DNA of 64,000 nt from assembly GCA_023957385.1 (NCBI GenBank), contig JAMLGZ010000001.1, forward strand, positions 666,923 to 730,922, given 5' to 3'. The notes beneath the pieces were generated by a model that had not been told where the DNA came from, did not search any database, and saw only the letters and a program-made list of their open reading frames with translations. This DNA is from Brumimicrobium sp. Lineage in GTDB: Bacteria; Bacteroidota; Bacteroidia; Flavobacteriales_D; Crocinitomicaceae. Shown piece after piece: positions 1-9,840 of this stretch (position 1 is its first letter; each line of letters begins with the position of its first letter). A program made the translations under genes and the position numbers.

Positions 1-3000
1 ACTACAGTGGCAAGAGGGCGTTGTACTTCAGCACCATTTCCATTACTTAAAGCCATAGGTAAAAACCCAAGAGAAGCTACAAAAGCAGTCATGAGTACAG
101 GGCGTAAACGCGTCTTAGCTCCTTGTAAGGCGATTTTGATTAAATCTGTTTCTCCGTGTTTTTTGAGTCTGTTGAACTCAGAAATCAATACAATTCCATT
201 TAAAACGGCTACACCAAATAGAGCAATGAAGCCAATACCTGCACTAATACTAAAGGGCATGCCACGAAGAGTAAGCAGTATAACTCCACCAATTGTTGAT
301 AAAGGAATGGCGGTATAAATTAATAAGCTTTCTTTGATGGAACGAAAGGCAAAAAACAACAATATAAATATGAGCGCTAAGGAGATTGGAACTGCAATCA
401 GAAGTCTTGATTTTGCTTGATTAAGATTCTCAAAAGCACCTCCATAGGTAGTATAATATCCAGTAGGTAATTTGATTTCGGCTTTTACTTTTTGTTGTAA
501 TTCTTGAACAATACTTTGTACGTCTCTTCCGCGCACATTGAATCCAACGATAATACGTCTTTTTGCATCTTCACGCTGTATCTGAGCTGGGCCAGAAACG
601 ACATCTATATCTGCTACCTGATATAGTGGAATGCGAGATCCGTCTGGAGTTGAAATGAGTAAATTTCGAATGTCTTCAACATTTGTTCGTTGCTTTTCAT
701 CCATTCTGAGTACTAGCTCAAAGCGTTTTTCTCCTTCATAGACGAAGCCAGCGGGTTGGCCAGCAAAGGCAGTATTTACGATTGTGTTTACATCCTGAAT
801 ATTCAGATTGTATTGTGCCATGCTTGACCGGTTGTATTTTACGACAATTTGAGGAAGCCCTGTTACTGGTTCTACGTAGATATCTTCTGCACCATGAACC
901 GTACTGGCAATAGCTCCTAATCGTGTCGCATAGGCAGCTAAGCTATCAATGTTTTCACCGAATATTTTACATACAACATCTTGTCTTGCTCCTGTCATTA
1001 ATTCATTAAAACGCATTTGAACAGGATACATAAAACCAATGCTTAAGCCAGGAACAGTCTCGAGTTCTTTACTCATTTTTTGAATTAATTCTTGTGTTGT
1101 CTCGGCAGAAGTCCAGTCTGTTTTATTTTTTAGAATCACAATCATGTCACTAGCTTCCATAGGCATAGGGTCTGTGGGCACTTCACTATTACCTATTTTG
1201 GTTACCACCTTTTCTACTTCGGGAAATTTCTCTAATAAAATCTTAGAAGCTTTCTGCGTGTATTCAATGCTGGTTTTAAGATTACTACCTGGCAGAACAC
1301 GTGCCTCTATCGCAAAGTCTCCTTCATCTAAAGATGGGATAAATTCCCCTCCCAAACGAGAGAATAAAAAGAGCGCGAAAATAAAAAATACAATTACAGT
1401 AGTAATGATAGTTTTCGGATAGTTGATCACCTTCTTTAGCACACGTTGATGAATGTTTTCCAATTTTTTCATGATTTTATCAGAAAAAGTATCCTTGTGC
1501 TTGATTCTTTTACTGAGAATAAGCGAACTCATCATAGGAATGTATGTTAACGATAGAATAAAAGCTCCTATTAAAGCAAAGGTCACTGTTTGAGCCATAG
1601 GTTTAAACATCTTCCCTTCGATACCCTGCAATGTGAAAATAGGGATATATACAATGAGAATAATGATTTGTCCAAAAACTGCACTGTTAATCATTTGAGA
1701 AGCGGAAGTGCTTACTTGCTGATTCATCTCAGCTTGGGTGATTTTATCTTTAATTTGATATTTCCTGTCTAAATGGAGATGATGTAAAACAGCCTCTACT
1801 ATGATGACAGCACCATCGACAATCAACCCGAAGTCTAAAGCTCCTAAACTCATTAGGTTACCGCTTACACCAAAAATATTCATCATAATAATGGCAAAAA
1901 GCATAGATAGAGGGATCACAGAAGCCACAAGAAAACCAGCACGGAAATTTCCTAGGAAAAGCACTAAGATAAAGATGACAATTAGAGCCCCTTCGGATAG
2001 ATTAACTACAATTGTATGAATAGCGTGATTTACCATCTTAGTGCGATCGAGAAAAGGTTCAATAACCACGCCTTCAGGAAGAGATTCTTGAATCTGCGCT
2101 ATTCTTTCTTTTACCTTCTTAATTACCTCATTAGAGTTTTGCCCTTTTAGCATCATGACAATAGCCCCGGCAACTTCTCCTTCATCGTTATAAGTTAAAG
2201 CGCCGTATTGTGTTGCATGTCCAATTTGTACAGTAGCAACATCTTTGATTAAAATAGGAATGCCTTCTGAAGTAGATTTAACAGGGATGTTTTCTATATC
2301 TTCTTTTCCACTAATTAACCCTTCACTTCGTATGAAAAGAACAGTTGACCCTTTTTCGATATAAGTTCCACCTGTGTTTTGGTTATTTTTTTCAAGGGCA
2401 TCGTAGATTTCATTAACAGATAAATCAAAAGACTGGAGTTTATTGGGATTAATAGCAACTTCAAATTGTTTGAGATAGCCACCAAAACTGCTGACTTCTG
2501 CCACTCCTTTTACACCCAGGAGTTGGCGGCGAACAATCCAATCTTGAATCGTTCTCAATTCCGTTAGACTGTACTTATCTTCATATCCTTTTTTGGGTCT
2601 AACAACATATTGGTAAATTTCACCCAATCCCGTAGTGATAGGTCCCATTTCTGGTTTGCCTACTCCTTCAGGGATTTCATTGGAGATAGTTTGAAGACGT
2701 TCTGAAATTTGTTGTCTTGCCCAATACACATCTGTATGTTCTTCAAATACTATGGTGACTACAGATAATCCAAATCGAGAAAAACTACGAATTTCTTTGA
2801 TGTCTTTAATGTTACTTGTTTCTTGTTCAATTGGAAATGTAATAAGACGCTCAATATCAGTAGCACCTAAATCTGGAGCAAGTGTTATTACCTGCACTTG
2901 ATTATTTGTGATATCGGGAACGGCATCAATGGGAAGTTTTGTTACCTCAAAAATCCCGTAAATGATAAGAGCCAATGTAAAAAGCCCGATAATAAGTTTA

Positions 3001-3035
3001 TTCCGAATGGAAAAGTCAATAAATCTATTTAACAT
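1..3035 (-). CDS. czcA: CusA/CzcA family heavy-metal RND efflux transporter, running off the left window edge (3' end missing)
   Basis: Absent from the ORF track because its stop is outside the window. Read by hand from ATG at 3035: MLNRFIDFSIRNKLIIGLFTLALIIYGIFEVTKLPIDAVPDITNNQVQVIT...SFSRFGLSVVTIVF. The window edge reads GAEVQRPLATV in the same frame. Both ends are hallmark CzcA/CusA segments; the middle was not fully translated by hand. Confidence 0.95.
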   Translation of the reverse strand, partial: MLNRFIDFSIRNKLIIGLFTLALIIYGIFEVTKLPIDAVPDITNNQVQVITLAPDLGATDIERLITFPIEQETSNIKDIKEIRSFSRFGLSVVTIVFEEHTDVYWARQQISERLQTISNEIPEGVGKPEMGPITTGLGEIYQYVVRPKKGYEDKYSLTELRTIQDWIVRRQLLGVKGVAEVSSFGGYLKQFEVAINPNKLQSFDLSVNEIYDALEKNNQNTGGTYIEKGSTVLFIRSEGLISGKEDIENIPVKSTSEGIPILIKDVATVQIGHATQYGALTYNDEGEVAGAIVMMLKGQNSNEVIKKVKERIAQIQESLPEGVVIEPFLDRTKMVNHAIHTIVVNLSEGALIVIFILVLFLGNFRAGFLVASVIPLSMLFAIIMMNIFGVSGNLMSLGALDFGLIVDGAVIIVEAVLHHLHLDRKYQIKDKITQAEMNQQVSTSASQMINSAVFGQIIILIVYIPIFTLQGIEGKMFKPMAQTVTFALIGAFILSLTYIPMMSSLILSKRIKHKDTFSDKIMKKLENIHQRVLKKVINYPKTIITTVIVFFIFALFLFSRLGGEFIPSLDEGDFAIEARVLPGSNLKTSIEYTQKASKILLEKFPEVEKVVTKIGNSEVPTDPMPMEASDMIVILKNKTDWTSAETTQELIQKMSKELETVPGLSIGFMYPVQMRFNELMTGARQDVVCKIFGENIDSLAAYATRLGAIASTVHGAEDIYVEPVTGLPQIVVKYNRSSMAQYNLNIQDVNTIVNTAFAGQPAGFVYEGEKRFELVLRMDEKQRTNVEDIRNLLISTPDGSRIPLYQVADIDVVSGPAQIQREDAKRRIIVGFNVRGRDVQSIVQELQQKVKAEIKLPTGYYTTYGGAFENLNQAKSRLLIAVPISLALIFILLFFAFRSIKESLLIYTAIPLSTIGGVILLTLRGMPFSISAGIGFIALFGVAVLNGIVLISEFNRLKKHGETDLIKIALQGAKTRLRPVLMTAFVASLGFLPMALSNGNGAEVQRPLATV

Positions 3036-3110
3036 ATATAAAAAGTTAATCAATAATTAATTATCACCTGAGGGTGAAAGAATAAGCGTGAATGAAAGCT
3101 TATAATATGA

Positions 3111-3497
3111 TTAACTTAAACGGGGTGGCTGCCAAATTTTAGTTAGAAAGCTATTGGAGTATTGACTAGGGATATACAAGATATTTCCGTATTCATTATC
3201 TATGAACTCATTTTTTTCTATTCCATTAAATAATATAGGGATATCAATGGCTGATTGTGCAAAGTTATGTTGAATAGATTTAAATGGTAATTTATCATGT
3301 TCATGACTCGTGTTTTCTTTGTTATGATGAGAGTCAGAATAGTGCATGGCTATGAAATCAATGATGGATTCACCTCCTTCCTCCTCCAAGTGTTCTACAT
3401 AATGATGTATCAACATGGGGAATTTAGCTAATTCTCTTAGATCTGTATTTCCTGTGAGAAATACGAAAAGAAATGATATGGCTAAAAATTGCTTCAC
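3111..3497 (-). CDS. Small His-rich membrane-anchored or exported protein upstream of czcA
   Basis: 128 aa with a hydrophobic N-terminus and His clusters (HHYVEH, HYSDSHH, SHEHDKLPFK). Same strand as czcA and 75 bp upstream of it. GTG start. Confidence 0.8.
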   Translation of the reverse strand: MKQFLAISFLFVFLTGNTDLRELAKFPMLIHHYVEHLEEEGGESIIDFIAMHYSDSHHNKENTSHEHDKLPFKSIQHNFAQSAIDIPILFNGIEKNEFIDNEYGNILYIPSQYSNSFLTKIWQPPRLS

Positions 3498-3502
3498 AAA
3501 TA

Positions 3503-3510
3503 CAAAAATA
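3503..3510 (-). promoter_or_regulatory. Bacteroidota -7 promoter element (TATTTTTG) for the His-rich gene/czcA operon
   Basis: Matches the TAnnTTTG consensus and ends 5 nt before the GTG at 3497. Confidence 0.55.
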
Positions 3511-3554
3511 ATGAAAAAACAATTATTATATCACCAAATTTCACATTTACTAAT

Positions 3555-3580
3555 TGAACTTACTATGAACTTACTATGAA
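3555..3580. repeat. 11-bp tandem direct repeat (TGAACTTACTA x2 plus TGAA), candidate regulator site
   Basis: Seen directly at 3555-3565 and 3566-3576, with a partial copy at 3577-3580, upstream of the czcA-operon promoter. Confidence 0.6.
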
Positions 3581-3613
3581 TTTAGTCTCTAAATCATTGA
3601 ATATCTTACCATA

Positions 3614-3697
3614 TAACCGCAAAAGGCACTAAGATTTTTGACACAAAGTGCTCAGAGCCTTGCAACTTTCGCGTTAACTTCGTGACCTTTGCGGTTA
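3614..3697. repeat. REP-like fold-back element
   Basis: Perfect 10-bp terminal inverted repeat TAACCGCAAA (3614-3623) / TTTGCGGTTA (3688-3697), with an inner hairpin GCACT (3626-3630) / AGTGC (3647-3651). GC-richer than its flanks. Confidence 0.6.
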
Positions 3698-3710
3698 ATC
3701 TTTAAACACA

Positions 3711-6700
3711 TCATTCTCTTTCAACCACCAACTTTCTGCTCACCTTCAACTCTCCGTTGTTATAAATGGCAATAATATACACCCCCTGTTTGAATCCTCT
3801 AGTGTCTATCACCTCTTCACCTTGATTGGATGAAAGTTTACCTTGTAGTTGCTCCCTACCACTTAAATCCACTACGCTATATCCAGCATCTTTTAAGTTG
3901 TCGTAGATATCCCACGATATACTTGTGTAGGAACTTGCTGGATTAGGATAAACTTTTACATTATACAAGATGTTGTTTAATTCTGCTGTGTTTGACGTAA
4001 ATGATGTAGGTTTTTGTTGTGACGTGTTTGGTAAGAGATTCTTCTCATAGCAGATGCCGTAGAAGAAACAGAGAATGTTTTGAGCATAACCTGCCACTCT
4101 TCCTTCCTCGCCTGCTAGAATTTGTAGATAATCAATTTCGGAAACGGTGAGTTGTGCTAGATTTCTGCTGCCAAGGCTTGCTCTAAAGGTGATGTAATTA
4201 TCCATCTGATTGATAAATGAAGTATTATCTTTCCATCTTTTATCTGTTTTTACAGTTTGTAAGACAGAGTCTGCCTTTTCGAATTCCAGATTTTCAATAA
4301 AGAAGTCCATAAGTGCTGTCTTTTGTGATAAATTGTTTCCCATTGAAGCTGTTTCCAAACGTTCCTGATAACTGTATGTTTCTGCTAAGTTTCGAATGTT
4401 TTTTACAAAATTTCTCGTACTTACCAATTGAGTATAAATGGAGGCTATTTGGCCTTCTAGTTGGGTGCGTAGAGTGAGTGCATCATAGTTATTCCTTACA
4501 TAATCTTTCATATAAGCAGGAAATGTATTATGTGTAGATTCATCAAGTTCTTGTAAGAATCGTTCGCCTTTTGTAGCATCTGGATTGGCAAGTAATATTT
4601 CCAGTAGCATGCCATTGGGAAGAACTCCGAGTGAAGCTGCATCCAATAACGCTTCCCTAGAAAGATAAGGCGATTATTCCAGTAAATTTCCTCGCAATGT
4701 CCAAGCATCCGAAGACCAATAATTTTCGATATACTCTTTTAATTCTTCTGTGTTACCATCGTCAATAAGCGTATGTAACGTATAATTCAAGTTATTGTAT
4801 GCTAAGGTGTAGTTCTCCAAGGCACTTGCTAAACTGTCTAAACCATTACCGGAAGATTTCATACCCACACTTCCTCCAAAACTGGTGAGGCAAGTGTGTG
4901 CAAACGTAGCTTCTTCCACTGTAATTGGCCCTGAATTATTAATAGGTTCTGCATTTGCTCCTTTATAAAAATACCGAATTGCACTTGTATAATTCTCAAT
5001 ATCCATCGTGTTATTGATAAAAGTGTTACCCGCTGAACTCGTAATGTACAAAGGATAGTAAAGACTAACGAAATCTCCCTGATTGTAACGTATGCCGTCA
5101 TCATTTTGTGTGGTAAATCCGATATATATTGCTTTTCCGTTCTCTTCAAAATTGTTACACAGAAATTGAAGTCCTTTACTATAACCTGTATTATGGTTTA
5201 CGCCTGTAGCTAAATTTCCATATTCATAGCCGTTTATGCTGTTTTTATATACACGGTTATCGTCCTCTCCACTGTTGCTAATAAAAATTCCAAAATCCAC
5301 AGGATTAGAAAAATTAGTGGTAAGTGTATTCTCTTCCACGATATACCCGGTAGAAGCATCGATAACAATTCCTGCACCTGTGTTTGAGCCAGTAAGCGTA
5401 TATCCTGCATCAGCTACTTCAATTTCATTACGGTTAATAGACACATTGTCCATTTCCTCTATCAATATATTCCACAAATTATCGGAAAACTCAGATTGCT
5501 CCACCCTAACCGTGTAAGATGTACTTGCTCCGGAAGCCTCCATTGCCATATTAAATCCCGAAAAACTGGATTTTAGTAAATCCTCACTTGGGCAAGGCTG
5601 CCCCACTGGCAAAAAAGGGTAATCACATCCTGCTTCTACTTTATATCCTGCGTTAATACTATAAATCCCTCTCATTGGAGCTGTGCTATTGTCTTTGTCT
5701 GTGGTGACATTATTTGCAAAATGGCAATTCATAAAACTAATACCATCAACATCCCACATAGTGACATGAGCATCTCTTTGTGGAAAGCCTTCTATATAAT
5801 CATTATCCGAAAAGAACTCTGTATTTCTAAAAAAGGAATGATTACCTACTTTTATATAAGATTTGGAGGGAGCAAAGTTTTGGTAAGTTGCAAAACCTAC
5901 ATCCACTCGGTTATTTCTAAAGATAGCATCTGTAGCTTGAATAACACCGCCAATTGCATCATAATCATTTGACTTCCAATTAGTAGCTCCCGCGTGCGCA
6001 TTTTCGATAGTCCCACCATTTCTAACAATTAATATGCCTTGATAGGTTGGCGATCCTTGTGGGTATTGGTTTTTGGTAGATGTACCCCAGACTTCAATGC
6101 CTTGCCAGTAGGAGTTATACTCATTCGTTAATGTTCCACCATCAATAATTAATTTTCCTCCTTGTTTAATAATTACTTTGCTGTCTGCTGAAAACCGAAC
6201 TGTTCCCGTTATCGTCAAAGTCGCTCCTTGTTCTATAATTAATGTGTCATTAATAAATTTATCTCCTGCCCATGAGGTATTGGCTGTTATTGGTGTAACC
6301 TTTCCATAAGTAGTTGCCATTAAAACAGCTTTGTATGCATTGATTCTTCCTGTTCCCACCATTCCTGGATAATTTGCTGCATCTGATATTGGGTCTGTTG
6401 TATTTTTAAGGATGTACTCAATATCTTGAGGCATCAAACATTGATTAATTGAATAAATTAAAGCTGCCGTTCCTGCAACAATGGGTGTGGCAAACGATGT
6501 TCCACCACTACTTCCATAATAAGGCCAAGGTCTATTACCACAATCTGTGAAAGTAGCCCCCATTATACCGTGCTCTGGCGAACAAATATCCACCATAGGA
6601 TAATGAGAATGAGTGATCTCTTGATTATCAGGATTAAATGTTTGATGTTTATCTTCATCATTCGTACTCGAAACTATAATGACTCTACTATCATAATATG

Positions 6701-7222
6701 GGGATAGTGGGAAAAAAGCTGTGTGATTATTTGGATCTATAGAAGCACAAAAATTGTGAGTTTCATTTTGCCCATTACCTGCGGGCATTATTATTGTTGT
6801 TCCATTATCCAATATTTCTTTAACAACAGCCTCTTCGATACCAGTTAAATCAGGACAAGAACTCCAACCACCTGCTGATGAAGTAATAATATTTGCTTTC
6901 ATAACCTTTGAAGCGTGATATGCACGTTGCAAATAATTACCTGCCAATGCTTTATATCCAATCATTTTAGTGTTAAACCCAATAGATGACAATTGACCAT
7001 TACTAGTTCCTCCTTGTTCTGTCGTTTCACCTGCAACCAAACTAGCTACTATTGTCCCATGTCTTGCATCATAGGATGTATCTTGTGTTAAAGGATTAAT
7101 TCTTATATACCCGTAAGAAGCAAAATAACAATCAAAAATTTCATTATCATAAGGATCATAGTTTAGAATAAATTCATTTGTTAAATCAGGATGAGTTAAA
7201 TCAAAATATGTATCAATGACTT
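3711..7222 (-). pseudogene. Subtilisin-like S8 serine protease with beta-helix region and T9SS type-A CTD, inactivated
   Basis: The frame is open from VIDTYFDLTHPDL (catalytic Asp at 7214-7212) through HGT (7061), PAGN and GTSFATP (Ser at 6497). An in-frame TAA at 4676-4674 (NLLE*SPYLSREALLDAASLG) joins track ORFs 4674..7040 and 3711..4646. The C-terminus is VKVYPNPASS...GVYIIAI...SRKLVVERE. There is no signal peptide or start codon, and the IS4 sits at the 5' break. Confidence 0.9.
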
Positions 7223-8657
7223 CACATTCATCCGAAAGTTTTTTAAAATTTGATACAAAACATCCTGTATCGTCCTATTTGTAATAGTCAATAATCATAA
7301 TGTGAGAAAAAAAGTCAAACAGTTAAAACATTTGGAGTTGTACCGTTGTCCACAAATCATCTTCTGGAGGAGGTTTCTCTGCTTTTTGGACAATCGGTCG
7401 GATAGTATTTATAACATAATCTAAGGAAAGATAGAATGGCAGACAAATTCTTATTTTTTCTACAAAGTTTGAAAAAGCCGTTTTCCCTGACACCCCAACT
7501 CTTCGTAAAAGTTCAAGTAGTAAATAGGTAATTAATGCAATAAATATTTGTGATTTTACTGCATTTTCAGAAGTTCCTATAAAAGTTTTGACATTGAGAT
7601 TTTGTTTTAAAAGCTTGAAGAAAGTTTCTATATCCCAACGCCTTCTGTATAGTTCTGCAATTGTTGAAGCTTTCCAAGAAAGATTATTAGTTATAATTTC
7701 TATCGTTGTATTTTTCTCTTCATGGTAGGCTACAACCTTTCTGAATTTCATTTGATTTATCCCAACTTCTTTTGCTTTTTGTCCTGTCAAATAAATAATC
7801 TCGTCTATTAAAATATGTTGATCCTCATTTTCTGGAAGATCTAATTCTTCAGCTACTTCATAAACAGTGTTTTCTTTTATTCTTGTAACAAAAACATTTT
7901 GGGACAACACCCTAGCTTTAATGATGTTAAAATCCCAATATCCTTTATCTTCAACAATAATCGTATCCTTTGGGAAAACAATTTCTTCAAATCCTTTTCT
8001 GTCATGAATAGATGCATTAGTGATATTCACAAGGTTAGGCATCATCATCGCCTCATCCCATTGCGTATGGATTTTAATTCCTCCTTTTGCTGTCCGAAAC
8101 TTTGCCCAATCAAAAAGCCCTAGACACACGCTAACTGTACTGCTATCACGAAGAAGAATAGTTTGATTTTTAACTTCTTCTACTACTTTTCGATGAGTAT
8201 GTCTTTTCAATAAATTACCGTAGTAGCTTAACAAACTCATATACAGACTCTCAAAGACTTTGTGGCTACGTTTTTTATTCCCATCACTCATCGTTGATTT
8301 TGCAGGACTTTGTTTTAAGTCTAAGTCCCGAATAAAGGTTTTCGACACACCAATACCAACAGAAATATCCTCTAAAGTACTACATCGAGACAGCTGTCCG
8401 AACAAATTTGCAACAAGTTGGTCATAAGTCTTGTATTTATGGCATCCCTTGTCAGAATTATGCTGTTGAATAACTCTTGCTAATAAATGTTGAGGAATTA
8501 AGTCAATAATTTGACGAATTACAGGCTTATTGTTATTTTTGTTCCTACGAAACAGTCCCATTTCATTTGAATTTTGTCGTGATTTTCAAATTTAAGAAGA
8601 CTGTTTCGGTTTTTTAATTTTTAATATGATTTTCTGAAAAAGTTTCGGATAGTTATG
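7223..8657 (-). mobile_element. IS4-family insertion sequence with target-site duplication
   Basis: Imperfect terminal IRs: CACATTCATCCGAAAGTTTTT (from 7223) versus the reverse complement of the right end, CATAACTATCCGAAACTTTTT (ending 8657). The flanking direct repeat CAATGACTT(CA) lies at 7214-7222(7224) and 8658-8666(8668). It is 9 bp if the IS starts at 7223 and 11 bp if it starts at 7225. Confidence 0.9.
7323..8561 (-). CDS. IS4-family DDE transposase
   Basis: 412 aa with DSST, DKGY and a YREK-like signature YRRRWDIETFFKLLKQ. The N-terminal region resembles DUF4372. Confidence 0.93.
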   Translation of the reverse strand: MGLFRRNKNNNKPVIRQIIDLIPQHLLARVIQQHNSDKGCHKYKTYDQLVANLFGQLSRCSTLEDISVGIGVSKTFIRDLDLKQSPAKSTMSDGNKKRSHKVFESLYMSLLSYYGNLLKRHTHRKVVEEVKNQTILLRDSSTVSVCLGLFDWAKFRTAKGGIKIHTQWDEAMMMPNLVNITNASIHDRKGFEEIVFPKDTIIVEDKGYWDFNIIKARVLSQNVFVTRIKENTVYEVAEELDLPENEDQHILIDEIIYLTGQKAKEVGINQMKFRKVVAYHEEKNTTIEIITNNLSWKASTIAELYRRRWDIETFFKLLKQNLNVKTFIGTSENAVKSQIFIALITYLLLELLRRVGVSGKTAFSNFVEKIRICLPFYLSLDYVINTIRPIVQKAEKPPPEDDLWTTVQLQMF

Positions 8658-8665
8658 CAATGACT

Positions 8666-9550
8666 TCATAATCTTATAACTTTTTTTACGATTAATAACT
8701 GGCTTTCAGTATTTGAAAGTGTTAAAAAATAGATTCCTCTACTGAGAAGAGTAACATCTACCTGAGCATGGGTTCTGAATTTACCTGAAATTAACATTTC
8801 TCCCTTTATGCTTGTTATATAGTAGTGAATCACATCGCTATTATATATATTTGAAATATTTAACATTTGTTCACTGGTTGGATTTGGGTAGATATTAATG
8901 TTATGATCTTCTAAAGATTCTAAGCCAACAGTGGTGCACAATCCTGTAAAATCCTGAAAATAGTTAAGACTATCTGATTTTACATGTTTGACAAGAGTTT
9001 TATTTTTTGTATTATAAGTATAATCAAATCCAAAATTTGTACCTATACCCTCAATAAATGTCAAGTGTTCATGAGTAAAATCATTTATTAAGTTTCCGAA
9101 TCGAATATGCTTTTTATTATTTTGGTAAAAGATGCTATCAACAACCACGTTAAAAGTATCAATAATTTGCTCATTTTGAATAGATCTTATAGGAATCGGG
9201 AAGGCGTCTCCTAAATTTAAGGATAAATCCATAATCAGCGTTTCTTCATTTACATTTCCATTATAAGGGGGAATAGAGGCAAAAAACCATAATCTTCCAT
9301 TAGTAGTATCTTCTCTAATAAAATTTGTATGATTATTGAAATCTGAAAAATTATTTAATACATGATATTGGTTGCCATTTATGTTCGTATCATTTATATA
9401 AACGATACTATCTATTTGGCAATTGATAAACTCAGGTGTTAACATTACTTTCAATTCAATCCAATGAGAAGATGGTTTTAGAACAGGTTCATACTGTGCA
9501 AAACTAACTCCTAAGAAGAGTAGAAATACTAAGAGGAGTGATTTTTTCAT
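8666..9550 (-). CDS. T9SS type-A sorting domain protein, function unknown
   Basis: Signal peptide MKKSLLLVFLLFLGVSFAQ and CTD INIYPNPTS...GIYFLTL...KKVIRL. Its TGA stop lies inside the right IS4 target duplication. Confidence 0.9.
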   Translation of the reverse strand: MKKSLLLVFLLFLGVSFAQYEPVLKPSSHWIELKVMLTPEFINCQIDSIVYINDTNINGNQYHVLNNFSDFNNHTNFIREDTTNGRLWFFASIPPYNGNVNEETLIMDLSLNLGDAFPIPIRSIQNEQIIDTFNVVVDSIFYQNNKKHIRFGNLINDFTHEHLTFIEGIGTNFGFDYTYNTKNKTLVKHVKSDSLNYFQDFTGLCTTVGLESLEDHNINIYPNPTSEQMLNISNIYNSDVIHYYITSIKGEMLISGKFRTHAQVDVTLLSRGIYFLTLSNTESQLLIVKKVIRL

Positions 9551-9798
9551 AATAGTTATTTTTAATGATTGCCTTACTAATTTACGATAATATATTCAAA
9601 TAAAAAAATATATTTTGGGGTTTAGGAGTAAGCTATCGTTATAAAGGTTGAATACCGATAGCTGTCGATGGGATAGTTTGGTATTTCTTTGTTATTTTCA
9701 AATACTCATTCCATAATTCATTGATATATAGTGATATTTTGTTAATAAAATAGTTAAAATACGGCATATTACGTATTTTTTGTAAAAATCACATTCAC

Positions 9799-9806
9799 TA
9801 CTTTTG
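9799..9806 (+). promoter_or_regulatory. Candidate -7 element (TACTTTTG) for the beta-helix/DPG-repeat operon
   Basis: Matches TAnnTTTG about 35 bp upstream of the ATG at 9841. A second match (TATTTTTG) lies near 9735-9742. Confidence 0.45.
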
Positions 9807-9840
9807 TTCAATTATATAACCTATTAAAATTGATAAATTT

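Noticed and set aside
7-2019. Plus-strand ORFs 7..318, 1144..1422, 1590..1772 and 1801..2019
   Set aside because: Antisense shadows of czcA.
4674-4676. In-frame TAA as programmed read-through or an alternative genetic code
   Set aside because: It is an ochre codon, no other gene in the window has an internal stop, many genes end normally at TAA, and the gene is independently broken at its 5' end. A simple nonsense mutation is the better explanation.
4508-5972. Short alternative-frame or antisense ORFs within the S8 pseudogene
   Set aside because: They overlap a clearly coding frame and have no protein-like features.
9631-9667. 8-bp inverted repeat AGCTATCG...CGATAGCT in the divergent intergenic region
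   Set aside because: It has a 17-nt loop and is probably a degenerate CCGATAGCTATCGG-type REP relic. One short copy is too weak to support an operator call.
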